37,421 nt of DNA, from the NCBI GenBank assembly GCA_040880825.1, contig JBBEEK010000028.1:1-37421 (forward strand), given 5' to 3'. Both the position numbers and the translations under genes were made by a program. Positions 7,872-16,853 of the stretch are shown in pieces. The stretch is from Chthoniobacterales bacterium. Lineage in GTDB: Bacteria; Verrucomicrobiota; Verrucomicrobiia; Chthoniobacterales; JACTMZ01. Position 1 is the stretch's first letter; each line of letters begins with the position of its first letter. The notes under the pieces are model-generated. The model was given only the letters and a program-made list of their open reading frames with translations. It had not been told where the DNA came from and made no database searches.

Positions 7872-9985
7872 CTTTCGGCCAGCCTGCGGTGCTGCATTTC
7901 CTGTGGCTCTTGCTGCCGGTCGCCACGCTTTACTGGTGGGCCGAGCGGCGCCGGCGGGTGCTCGTCGGCCGCATCGTGGCGCCCAAACTACGCGCCCTCC
8001 TGGCCGGCAACACCAGCCCGCTGCGCCGGATCTTCCGCGGGGCCTGCGTGCTCGGGGCGCTGGGCCTGCTGGTGGTCGCGCTGGCCGAACCGCGGCTCGG
8101 CTATGACACGTTGGAAGTGCCGCATCGCGGCCGCGACGTGGTCATTGCCATGGATGTCTCCCGTTCCATGCTGGCCACCGATGTGGCGCCCTCGCGTTTG
8201 CAGCGGGCCAAGCTGCTGGCCGAAGATCTGGTTTCCGAGCTGGGCGGTGACCGTCTCGGTTTGGTCGCCTTCGCCGGGTCCGCTTTCCTGCAAGCGCCTT
8301 TGACGCTGGACCACGGCGCCGTGCTGACGGCCATCGACGAGCTGGATACCGAGTTGATCCCCCGGGGGGGGACCAACATCAACGCGGCGGTGCGCGCGAG
8401 CGAAGAGGCTTTCACCAAAGCGGAGGGGTTCTCGCGGGCCATCATCATCATTTCCGACGGCGAGGAACTCGATGCCGATGGCGTGGCCGCGGCGCGCAAT
8501 GCGGCGGGGGAGGGGGTGCGGATTTTCACGGTCGGCGTCGGCTCGAGCGAGGGCTCGGAGATCCCGCTGGGGCCGGGGGATTTCGTGCGCGACCCGTCGG
8601 GTAAAATCGTCCAGTCCAGACTGGATGCGGCGCGCCTGCGCGAAATCGCCGAGGTGACGGGCGGTTTTTACACGCCGTTGGATGACAATGCGGCGCGGAT
8701 GCTGGCCGTCGACGGCATCGGCAAGATGGCGGAAGCGGATATCACGGTCGGCAGTTCGCGCCGTCCGATCGAGCGCTACCAGTGGCCACTGGGCGCGGCC
8801 ATCGCGCTGCTCGTCTTGCAGGCCCTCGTCGGCGAGCGCCGCCGCCTTCCCCTTGGCGCCGTGGCCGCCGCGCTGTGCTTGCTCGGCGCGCTGCCGGCGC
8901 AGGCCTCGGGGCTTTCCGCCTACCAGCAGGGGAACTTCAAGCAGGCCGGCGAGGAATTCGAAAACCGCCTGAAGATGGAGCCGGGCGCCCCGAATTTGCA
9001 GCTCAATGCCGGCGCGGCAGCTTACCAGTTGCAGGATTACGCCAAGGCTTCGCAGTATTTTTCCAAAGCGATGCTGGCCGCCGACCCGGCGCTGCGCTCG
9101 GCCGCGGAGTTCAACCTGGGCAACACACTTTTCCGCCAAGGCGAAGGCCAGCAAGACAAGGAAAAGAAAGTCTCCGACTGGCAGGATGCCATCAAGCAAT
9201 ACGACGCGGCGCTTAAAACGCAGCCGGATTACACCGAGGCCAAGGAAAATAAGGAACGCGTGGAGGAATTGCTCCAGCAGTTGGAAAACGAGCAAGAGCA
9301 GCCCGAACAAAAGCAGGATCAGCAAGACCAGCAGCAAAAAGACGAGCAGCAAAAACAAGACGAGCAGCAGCAACAAGACGGACCACAGGACGAGCAGAAA
9401 CCGGACGAGCAGGGTGGTCAGGAGAAGAAGGAACCCTCCGGCGACGGCGGCGAGGATGAGAAAGAGCAGCAAGGACAGTCCCAAGACGAGCAAAAGCAAG
9501 ACGGCCAAGGCGGGGAGAAGGACCAGCAACAGCAGGATGGCGACCAAGAGGAGGAGAAGCAGGACGAGCAGGGCCGCGGAGACAAGCCGGACGAGCAGAA
9601 GCCGGAGGGACAACCGGACGAGCCAGAGCCGGGCCGGGGTGACCAGCCGCCGGATGATGGCGCAGGCGGCGAGAAGGAGAGCGAGCAGGGATCGCCTTCC
9701 CGTCCGGGTGATCGCGAGCAAGAAGGGAGTGGCGGACAATCCGGCGATAGTCCCGCGCCGGTGCCGACACCCTCGGGTGACAAAAAAGAAGGCCAACTGC
9801 GCGCGGCCGATGATGGGGACGGAGAGCCGCAGGAAGCCGCCGCGGAGGGCGCGGCCGGCGAGGAGAAACCGGGCGAGATGAGCGAGTCGCAAGCCCGCGC
9901 CTTGCTGCGTTCGCTGCAAGGCGAGGAGGAGAAGGTTGATCTTCTCGAACGTCGGGCCTTTCAGGATGTCTCAAGGGACTGGTAA
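7853..9985 (+). CDS. BatB-BatC fusion (vWA + TM + TPR + Q/E/D-rich tail)
   Basis: vWA (DVSRSM, DRLGLVAFAG, ISDGE), TPR-like segments (FNLGNTLF, YDAALKTQPDY), long acidic/Gln tract, and a BatC-like end (MSESQARALL...RDW). Start set at ATG 7853. Confidence 0.85.
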   Translation: METSALTFGQPAVLHFLWLLLPVATLYWWAERRRRVLVGRIVAPKLRALLAGNTSPLRRIFRGACVLGALGLLVVALAEPRLGYDTLEVPHRGRDVVIAMDVSRSMLATDVAPSRLQRAKLLAEDLVSELGGDRLGLVAFAGSAFLQAPLTLDHGAVLTAIDELDTELIPRGGTNINAAVRASEEAFTKAEGFSRAIIIISDGEELDADGVAAARNAAGEGVRIFTVGVGSSEGSEIPLGPGDFVRDPSGKIVQSRLDAARLREIAEVTGGFYTPLDDNAARMLAVDGIGKMAEADITVGSSRRPIERYQWPLGAAIALLVLQALVGERRRLPLGAVAAALCLLGALPAQASGLSAYQQGNFKQAGEEFENRLKMEPGAPNLQLNAGAAAYQLQDYAKASQYFSKAMLAADPALRSAAEFNLGNTLFRQGEGQQDKEKKVSDWQDAIKQYDAALKTQPDYTEAKENKERVEELLQQLENEQEQPEQKQDQQDQQQKDEQQKQDEQQQQDGPQDEQKPDEQGGQEKKEPSGDGGEDEKEQQGQSQDEQKQDGQGGEKDQQQQDGDQEEEKQDEQGRGDKPDEQKPEGQPDEPEPGRGDQPPDDGAGGEKESEQGSPSRPGDREQEGSGGQSGDSPAPVPTPSGDKKEGQLRAADDGDGEPQEAAAEGAAGEEKPGEMSESQARALLRSLQGEEEKVDLLERRAFQDVSRDW
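9280..9640 (+). repeat. Low-complexity coding tract of imperfect GACGAGCAG (DEQ/QQD) units in the BatC-like tail
   Basis: Repeated gacgagcag/caagac units encoding QKDEQQKQDEQQQQ...; boundaries approximate. Confidence 0.7.
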
Positions 9986-9986
9986 C

Positions 9987-11948
9987 ATGAGCATCCGCAT
10001 GAAATCTCCGCTCATTGTCCGCGCTTTCGCCAGTGCGATGCTGCTTTGGTGCGCGGGTGTGGCTGCGGCGGGGGAGGTTGTCGAAGTGCTCAGTTCGAAC
10101 ACGACACGCGTCGGGGAGCCGGTCATCCTCATTTACCGTTTCACCAACACCGCGCAGCCGAGCGACATGCCGCGGCCGACGATCAATGTGCCCGGGCTGG
10201 ATATCCGCTTCAACGGCGTGACCTCGCAAAGCCGGCAGTCCTTCACTTTCGGTGGCCGCGGCGCGCAGCGCGATGCCTCTTCGGTTTACGAATTCATGTA
10301 TGTGGTCACGCCGAACCAGCCCGGGAGATTCACCATTCCGGGCTTCGGGGTCAGCGTGGGCGGTCGGCTGATGCGCACCAAGGCGTTGACTCTCACCGTG
10401 ACGGGATCGGGCGGTTACGTGCCGCCGTCGCAGCAAGCGCCGGTGCAACAGGTCATCCCGCCGCCTTTCCAGCCGCAAGGCCAGCTGCCGCCGGCGGCGC
10501 AGGCCCGGCCGCCGCGTCCGTCGGCCCCCTCCGGGCAGGGCCGCACGCCGCCGGTCACGTCGGACGGCGAGGCGGCGCCATATTTCGGCGAAATCGTCAT
10601 TGGAAACCGCTCCGCCTACGTCGGCGAAGTTGTGCCCGTCGAGCTGCGTTTTTATTTCCGCGTGGATGTCGGTTTTAACGAGCTGCAGCGTCCGACCTTC
10701 GGCGGCGACGGATTCACCGCGGCTCCGCTGACCGAGCCCGAGCAGACCGAGCAGTTGCTCGAGAACACTCCCTACAATGTGGTGACTTTCCGCAGTGCCA
10801 TCACGCCGGTCAAAGTGGGGAAAATCGAGATCCCGCCGGCGTCCATGGAGGGGCGGATGATCACGGCCGGGGCGCCGCCTGGCATGGATCCATTTTTCAA
10901 CCAGTTTTTCGGCAATCTGCCCATGCCCGGTTTCGGGCGTGCCGAAGTTATCGAGGTGCGCACCGGCGCGCGCACGCTCGAGGTCAAGGCGCTGCCGACC
11001 GAGGGTCGTCCGGATAACTTCGCCGGCGCCATCGGGCAATTCACCCTGCGCGCGCAGGCGGCGCCGAAGAAGACCGGGGTCGGCGAACCGGTCACCCTCT
11101 CGCTTGCCGTCGAAGGCCGCGGCAATTTCGAGGCGGTCTCGGCACCGGAATTGACCGGCGAAGACGGTTGGCGGGTCTATGCGCCGAAGGAAAGTTTCAC
11201 GTCGACCGACAGCGCCGGTTTCGGCGAGAGCAGCGGGACCAAGACTTTCGACATTGCCATGGTGGCGCGGCGCGACCAGACGTCCACCCCGGGCGCGGAG
11301 TTCTCTTACTTCGATCCGCAGAAGAAAAACTATGTCACACTCAAAGCCGATCCTGTGCCGGTGACGGCCTTGGGTGGCGGCCCGGCGCCGGAGGAGGCCG
11401 GGGCCACTGTCCCGGTGGGCGGTGAGGCGGCCCAACTGCCGGCGGTGCCGACCGGTCCCGCGGATGTCGCGGCGCCCGCACGGGCTCTCACCGGTCCGGC
11501 CCGCGGTTTTGCCCCACGCTTGCTCGACCAAGGTTTCCATCTGCTCAATCTGCTCTTGCTGGCCGCGGTGATTCTTTCCATCCCGTTCCTGCTCTGGCAG
11601 CGGCGGCGGGCGCGCAAGAGTGCGCGCACCGCGGAAAGCGAATCGCTGGTGCGGCAGGCCAAGTCGGTCTGGCAAAAGACCTCCGACCCCGCGGAATTTT
11701 TCACCGCGGCCGCGCAATTCGTGCAGGCCCGCCTGGCCTTGCTCGACGACCGTCCGGCGGCGCTGGTCGACACGGACGAGGCGCTGACCCGCCGTGTGCC
11801 GGATGCGGCCGAGCGGCGGGAATTGCAATCTTTGCTGGCCCGGCGCGACGAATTGAAATACGGGGGGAGTGGCGGTGCGCCGCTCGATCCCGCGGAACGG
11901 CGCCGCCTCGCCGGTGTGTTGGAAAAATTCGCCTCAAACCATGTTTAA
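9987..11948 (+). CDS. batD: BatD-like protein (signal peptide, Ig-like beta domains, C-terminal TM)
   Basis: Signal peptide; VTP..PGRFTIP, AYVGE.V, LEVKALP...FAGAIGQF and YFDP motifs; Pro/Gln linker; TM near C-terminus; follows BatB/C. Confidence 0.85.
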   Translation: MSIRMKSPLIVRAFASAMLLWCAGVAAAGEVVEVLSSNTTRVGEPVILIYRFTNTAQPSDMPRPTINVPGLDIRFNGVTSQSRQSFTFGGRGAQRDASSVYEFMYVVTPNQPGRFTIPGFGVSVGGRLMRTKALTLTVTGSGGYVPPSQQAPVQQVIPPPFQPQGQLPPAAQARPPRPSAPSGQGRTPPVTSDGEAAPYFGEIVIGNRSAYVGEVVPVELRFYFRVDVGFNELQRPTFGGDGFTAAPLTEPEQTEQLLENTPYNVVTFRSAITPVKVGKIEIPPASMEGRMITAGAPPGMDPFFNQFFGNLPMPGFGRAEVIEVRTGARTLEVKALPTEGRPDNFAGAIGQFTLRAQAAPKKTGVGEPVTLSLAVEGRGNFEAVSAPELTGEDGWRVYAPKESFTSTDSAGFGESSGTKTFDIAMVARRDQTSTPGAEFSYFDPQKKNYVTLKADPVPVTALGGGPAPEEAGATVPVGGEAAQLPAVPTGPADVAAPARALTGPARGFAPRLLDQGFHLLNLLLLAAVILSIPFLLWQRRRARKSARTAESESLVRQAKSVWQKTSDPAEFFTAAAQFVQARLALLDDRPAALVDTDEALTRRVPDAAERRELQSLLARRDELKYGGSGGAPLDPAERRRLAGVLEKFASNHV

Positions 11949-12702
11949 AGCATTCACCTTCGGCCTCGTGCTGCTGGCCTCCTTCGCCGCACCCGCTCCG
12001 GCGTCCGCCGACGCGGCAACTTTCGACGACGGCCTGCGGGCTTATGCCGAGGGCGACTATGACGCGGCGCGCCGGGTCTACGAGCAGCTGGTCAAGCAGG
12101 GATCCACCGACCCTTCCGTCTTTCTCAACCTCGGGCACGCCGAATACCGCGCGGACCGCAAGGTGCAGGCGGCGATCAATTACCGCCGGGCGCTGGCGCT
12201 TGATCCGGCCAATTCGGCAGCGCGCAGCAGTCATGAGCACGTGCTCGGAGAACTGGGGATTCCGGCGGACGGCCTGGATCTGCCGCAAATGGTGGGACAA
12301 TACATTTCTTTCGACTTGTTGGTCTTGTTGGGGAGTCTGCTTTTCTGGGCCGGTCTGTTGTTGGTGGTCTTCGCGTTGTTCTCCGCCGGAAACCACCGCG
12401 GCCTCGTCGTTGGCGGGGTCTTTCTCGCCCTGCTTGGTGCCACCGCGGTGGCGCTGTCGTGGCAAGGGGACTCCCGCATCGCGCTCGCGCGGATGGCCAT
12501 GGTGACGGAGGGTACGCCGGCGCTGAGTGCTCCGAGCGCGAACTCACAGAAATTGACCGATCTGCGCCAGACCGATCTCGTTCGCGTGGTGGCCTCGCGC
12601 GATGATTGGTCGCTGGTGAAATTACCCATCGGCGTCGAGGGTTGGGTGCGCAGCAATATGCTGGAACCGGTTTTCCCCGGCGCGCTGCCGGAGGTGCCGT
12701 GA
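11941..12702 (+). CDS. batE: BatE-like TPR + SH3 protein
   Basis: ATG 11941 overlapping the batD stop; signal peptide, TPR (FLNLGHAEY...YRRALALDP), two TM helices, SH3-like end (WSLVKLP..EGWV). Confidence 0.82.
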   Translation: MFKAFTFGLVLLASFAAPAPASADAATFDDGLRAYAEGDYDAARRVYEQLVKQGSTDPSVFLNLGHAEYRADRKVQAAINYRRALALDPANSAARSSHEHVLGELGIPADGLDLPQMVGQYISFDLLVLLGSLLFWAGLLLVVFALFSAGNHRGLVVGGVFLALLGATAVALSWQGDSRIALARMAMVTEGTPALSAPSANSQKLTDLRQTDLVRVVASRDDWSLVKLPIGVEGWVRSNMLEPVFPGALPEVP

Positions 12703-12805
12703 GGCTGCGAGCGGATCTGACAGCGGCTCCCGCCGAGATTGCGAGGTAACCGCGGATTCCCAGTCGTCCGGCGGGCGGCGGGGAGGAGTCCGGGGTCCGG
12801 ACCGC

Positions 12806-13360
12806 TTACTGCCCCACGTATTTCGCGGTCATCGTGTCGTATTTGACGCTGCTGCCCGGAGATGGTGTCCGCTTGACGTTATACACCGTGTTGCCGACGA
12901 GCTTTTTCGTTTCCGTGTCATAGACCATCTGCTGCTTGGTCTGCGAGGGGCTTTGCGGCTGGGCCACGGTGTCGACCGCGATGTATTTGGGGACGCCTTG
13001 GGCGGGGGCCTTCTTGGCTACGCTGCTGCCGGTGCTGCGGGTCGTGGGTTTGGTGGCCCTTTGCTGGGCGAGGAGGCGCGCTTCGGCGGCGCGGGCATTT
13101 TGCAGGGCGATCTGGCGCTGGCGGGCTGTGGCTTGCTGTTTGGATACGACGAAAGCCGCTCCGCCGGCCAGCAGACCGGCGCCGGCGGCGATCGGGATAG
13201 CCAATCGAGGATCGACGCCAGCCAGAACGAGCACACCGCCGGTGATGGCGGCAGCCGCGCCGCCGAAGACCGCCGCGTTTTCGCCGGGCGACATGTTTTC
13301 GCAGCTGGTGGTGAAGAGCGAAGCAGCGACAATGAGGGGGATGAGTTTCGAGTTTTTCAT
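12806..13360 (-). CDS. Predicted lipoprotein with Gly/Ala-rich (glycine-zipper-like) hydrophobic hairpin
   Basis: MKNSKLIPLIVAASLFTTSC lipoprotein-like signal; GGAAAAITGG...AAGAGLLAGGAA segment; basic C-terminal domain (YIAVDT...). Confidence 0.7.
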   Translation of the reverse strand: MKNSKLIPLIVAASLFTTSCENMSPGENAAVFGGAAAAITGGVLVLAGVDPRLAIPIAAGAGLLAGGAAFVVSKQQATARQRQIALQNARAAEARLLAQQRATKPTTRSTGSSVAKKAPAQGVPKYIAVDTVAQPQSPSQTKQQMVYDTETKKLVGNTVYNVKRTPSPGSSVKYDTMTAKYVGQ

Positions 13361-13404
13361 GTCTTTATCTGATGATTATCAGTTGGATCCGGGACCCCAC
13401 AAGC

Positions 13405-16400
13405 TCAAAAAGGGACGTTGTTTTCCACGCACCACTCAATGGCGCGCTGGTTCCCAAGATTTGCTGATTTGCGCAGCCATTCCTTCCCGGTTTCGACATC
13501 CGGTGGGGCGAAGGCGCCGTCGTAGAGGATCAGACCGCAAAGATACATGGCCTCGGGATCGCCCTTATCAGCTCCATCTTTCAAGAGGGCCATGGCTTTC
13601 TCCGGGTCGGGAGAGACGCCCTGGCCTTGCAGATACATGGCCGCAAGAAAAGCTTGCGCCCGGAAATCTCCTGCTTCGATGGCCTCCGTGAAGAGGCGCA
13701 GAGCGGTATCGTAGTCCACTGCTGGCACGCCGAGACCCTGCCGGTAAAGATCGCCGAGGAAGGTTTTGGAGGGGATGTCTCCCAGCGTGGCGGCGGCTGA
13801 ATACAAGCGTGCTGCCTCTTGATGGCTCTGCTCTATACCTTGCCCGTCACGCAAAACTTCCGCATAGCACCGCATGCCGAAGGCGTAGCCGAGGTCCGAG
13901 GCCTTTTTGAACCAATTGGCCGCCATTTCCTCCGATTTGTCCGTTCCGTTGCCGCTGGCCAGCGCGAGTCCGGTCATGACCATGGCATGACGGTCGCCGA
14001 GTTCCGCGGCCTTCCGATAGAGGTCGAAGCTTTGCCAAGGGTCTTCTTTCTCGAGAAACTCGGCCAGCAGCGTCGCCGCGCGGGCGACATCGGCTTTGGC
14101 TAACTCTTCGAGAGCGCTGCGCAGCTCAACATGCTTGGCGAACGATTCGGATTTCTCTTCCAAACGCGCGATGGCGTTTTCGGCGCGTGTGCGGATTTCT
14201 TTGTTACCCGGCTTGGTCGCGAGCATGTCCTTGTAGACGATCAGGGCACTGACGAAATCCTGCGCGTTTTCAAAGTCTTTGGCCTTTTGCAACGTATCGT
14301 CCGGTGCTGCGGCACCCGGGGCGGGAGCGGGTTCGCTTGCGATTTTGGCTGTGACCGGTTGATCGTTGGTCAGGCCCGACTTTTCTTTTCCACCGTCGGG
14401 GTCGGGACGTGAGGCGAAGAGGAAAGCCAATCCCCCGAGCAACAGGACTCCAGCGGCGGCCGCGCCGATGAGCAAAGCGCGTTGAGGCGGGCGACGCGCA
14501 GTTGTGTGGGCTGGAATGGCGAAGGCCGCGGCGGGGGGCGGCACGACTTCCGTGCGACGCTTGAACTTGCCGCGTTTGGCGGCGGCGGGCGCCGGAGCGG
14601 ACGCGGCGGCCGGGGCGCCGATGCTTTGCGCCGGCAGGATTTGCGCGATGATGTCGCCTGCGCTGACCGCGGTTTGCGGGTTCTGGAAGATATCGCGCAG
14701 GGCGGCGTTGGCTTGCTGGGACAGTTCGGCCAGCGGCACATAGGGTCCGAGTCCCGGGGAGGACATCCCGCCGAGAATTTCGTAGGCCAGCGAACCGATA
14801 AGGGCGGCCGGACTGCGCTCGCTGGCCTCGTAGGAGGTAACCTGCGAGAGGGCGGAGGAACGGGTAATGGTGGTATTGACGTCAGCCTCGGTCGCTTCGC
14901 CGACGGGCAGCAGGTCGAGCACCGGGCGGATGCCGGGCCATTGGTCGAGTGGTGTCTCGGGTTTCTCGCCAGGCTGGAGCAGGATCTCGCGCAGGGTCAG
15001 TTGGGGCAGGGGCAAGCCATGCGCCGCGGCTTCGTCCAGTGCTTGGGCGAGCGGAACCAGCACGCGCACGGCCTCGCCGGTCGGGAGGACGCGGCGCACG
15101 CGCAGCACGGAAAGCAGGCGCGTGCCGGAGAGCCATTCGGTGACCAGGACAAAGCCGTCTTTCACATCGCCCATGTCACGCACCTGGCGGACGGCGGGGG
15201 CGGCGAGTGATTTGATGACCGGCGCGACTTCACGCACGCGGTCGGCCACGGCCAAGCCGCGTGCCGAGGTGTCGAAGCACAGCACGGCCAGTTCCTCGGC
15301 GCCGGGTGCCGTCGCCACGCGGTAGATCGAACCGCCTTCGATCGGCCCGACGCGGTCGATGGCGCCGAAATGGGTTGTCATCCATTCCATCGCCGTCTGT
15401 TCGCCGGTGCGGTGGAAGTCGCGCAGGACGCCCTCGATCTCGGATCGGGCATCGCCGCCGCTCTGGGGTCGCGCCGCCGGATCGCGGTCCATCATGCGTG
15501 CCACGAGGTGGATGATTTCCGCCGACTGCCCCTGCAAGGCTACGGCGGGAAACGGCTCCATGATCTGGCGCGAGGCGATTTGCGTGTAGGTCCCCTGGTA
15601 GGGGGGGCGGCCGGCGAGGGCGAAGTAGAGGGCTGCGCCCAGCGAGTAGATGTCGGAGCGGGCATCGACGGCGCTTTGGTCGAGTTGTTCCGGGCTGGCG
15701 TAGAGCGGGGTGCCCTCGAAGCCCTCGGATTCGCCGCCGGCCGCGGCGGCCAGACCGAAGTCGATGACGCGCACCGAAAGACTGCCGTCGGGCTTGCGCA
15801 CGACCATGATGTTGCTCGGTTTGATATCCCGGTGGACCATGCCGGTTTCGTGCGCCGCGCCGAGTGCGGCGGCGGCTTGCGAGGCGATGCTGAGCGCCTC
15901 CCCGGCCGCGAGCGGTCCGTGTTGCTGCACGAGGTCCTCGAGCGTCGGGCCATCGACGTATTCCATGGCGTAGAAGCAGGCTCCGTCCTGCTCGCCGAAG
16001 TAGTAGATGGAGGCGATGTTCGGGTGTTGCAGCGCGGCGGTGGCTTGGGCTTCGAGGAGAAATTTTTCGCGCGCGCTGCCGGTGGCGAGGCGTTCGGGGC
16101 TGACCACTTTGAGTGCCACTTTGCGGCGCAGGCGGGAGTCCATCGCCTTGTAGGTCACTCCCATGGCACCGCGCCCGATTTCCCACGGAGCGCCGTCGTC
16201 GTTGCGCATCACGACATAGTGGTGGAAGGCGAGTTCGCCGGTCGCGCCGGCGGGCGGGGTGGGCGCGGGTGGCGGCGGTGAGGGTTCCGGGGCGGGCGCC
16301 GTTTCCTCCAGGCCGACGACTCCACGCACGGCGAGGGCGAGTTCCTCGATCTTCGGCTCGAGGGGCGACTCCACGGCATCGAGCCAGTGGCAACTGCTGA

Positions 16401-16710
16401 TGAAAAGCTCGAGGTCTTCCGAGGGTTGGACCTTGGCGATACGGAAGGGAATGATCGGCACGCGGTGGGAAACAGCGCGCTCGATCTCGTTGTTCACATG
16501 GCGCGATTCGTTGGTGTGCTGGGAGAAGATGAGCACCATCACTTTCGAGCTGCCGAGAGCCTTGATGATCGAGCGTCCCCAATTCTCACCCGGCCGCACA
16601 TTGCGCGGCGCCATCCAGCAACCGATGCCCGCCGCCTCCAAGCCGGCGCAGACTTGGCGCGCCACGTCACCATCATCGTGACAGTAGCTGATAAAGACTC
16701 GGTGGCTCAT
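13405..16710 (-). CDS. TIR domain + Ser/Thr kinase + degenerate second kinase domain + TM + TPR/Sel1 repeats
   Basis: TIR: VFISY...CWMAPRNVRPG.NW...HVNNEIERA. Kinase: IGRGAMG, VALK, HRDIKPSN, DFG, GTPLYASPEQ, SDIYSLG. TM: ALLIGAAAAGVLLLGGLAFLFA. Sel1-type units: YRKAAELGD, WFKKASDLG, WLRKSANLGN. Start moved to MSHRVF (ATG 16710). Confidence 0.9.
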   Translation of the reverse strand: MSHRVFISYCHDDGDVARQVCAGLEAAGIGCWMAPRNVRPGENWGRSIIKALGSSKVMVLIFSQHTNESRHVNNEIERAVSHRVPIIPFRIAKVQPSEDLELFISSCHWLDAVESPLEPKIEELALAVRGVVGLEETAPAPEPSPPPPAPTPPAGATGELAFHHYVVMRNDDGAPWEIGRGAMGVTYKAMDSRLRRKVALKVVSPERLATGSAREKFLLEAQATAALQHPNIASIYYFGEQDGACFYAMEYVDGPTLEDLVQQHGPLAAGEALSIASQAAAALGAAHETGMVHRDIKPSNIMVVRKPDGSLSVRVIDFGLAAAAGGESEGFEGTPLYASPEQLDQSAVDARSDIYSLGAALYFALAGRPPYQGTYTQIASRQIMEPFPAVALQGQSAEIIHLVARMMDRDPAARPQSGGDARSEIEGVLRDFHRTGEQTAMEWMTTHFGAIDRVGPIEGGSIYRVATAPGAEELAVLCFDTSARGLAVADRVREVAPVIKSLAAPAVRQVRDMGDVKDGFVLVTEWLSGTRLLSVLRVRRVLPTGEAVRVLVPLAQALDEAAAHGLPLPQLTLREILLQPGEKPETPLDQWPGIRPVLDLLPVGEATEADVNTTITRSSALSQVTSYEASERSPAALIGSLAYEILGGMSSPGLGPYVPLAELSQQANAALRDIFQNPQTAVSAGDIIAQILPAQSIGAPAAASAPAPAAAKRGKFKRRTEVVPPPAAAFAIPAHTTARRPPQRALLIGAAAAGVLLLGGLAFLFASRPDPDGGKEKSGLTNDQPVTAKIASEPAPAPGAAAPDDTLQKAKDFENAQDFVSALIVYKDMLATKPGNKEIRTRAENAIARLEEKSESFAKHVELRSALEELAKADVARAATLLAEFLEKEDPWQSFDLYRKAAELGDRHAMVMTGLALASGNGTDKSEEMAANWFKKASDLGYAFGMRCYAEVLRDGQGIEQSHQEAARLYSAAATLGDIPSKTFLGDLYRQGLGVPAVDYDTALRLFTEAIEAGDFRAQAFLAAMYLQGQGVSPDPEKAMALLKDGADKGDPEAMYLCGLILYDGAFAPPDVETGKEWLRKSANLGNQRAIEWCVENNVPF

Positions 16711-16737
16711 GGAAGCAGTGACGTGGGCAGACCGTTG

Positions 16738-16766
16738 ATTACCCAAGGAGTTCTCCGTCCGGTCAA
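16738..16766 (-). promoter_or_regulatory. Candidate sigma70-like promoter of the TIR-kinase gene
   Basis: Minus strand TTGACC-N17-GGTAAT, ending 27 nt before ATG 16710; consensus match by eye only. Confidence 0.3.
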
Positions 16767-16853
16767 GCATCAAGCGGTCAGCCGATCGAAACCTCCGGCT
16801 GGCGGGTGCCGGGATTTCTGCTTCATTGGAGACGCGCCAACCTGGCCCCGTTT

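Noticed and set aside
9280-9640. Repetitive DNA considered as a CRISPR or tandem array
   Set aside because: Imperfect in-frame codon repeats inside a CDS, with no constant repeat-spacer periodicity.
7988-11828. Long minus-strand ORFs (643 aa Leu-rich at 7988-9919; 871 aa at 9213-11828)
   Set aside because: Antisense to batB/C and batD. The poly-Leu 'membrane' look is just the reverse complement of Gln/Glu/Lys codons.
12703-12805. GC-rich inverted repeats between convergent batE and the lipoprotein gene
   Set aside because: Imperfect stems without U-tracts are expected by chance at this GC content; not called as a terminator or ncRNA.
13405-16710. TIR protein considered as Thoeris ThsB
   Set aside because: No adjacent ThsA-like SIR2/SLOG or macro-domain gene, and the TIR is embedded in a membrane kinase.
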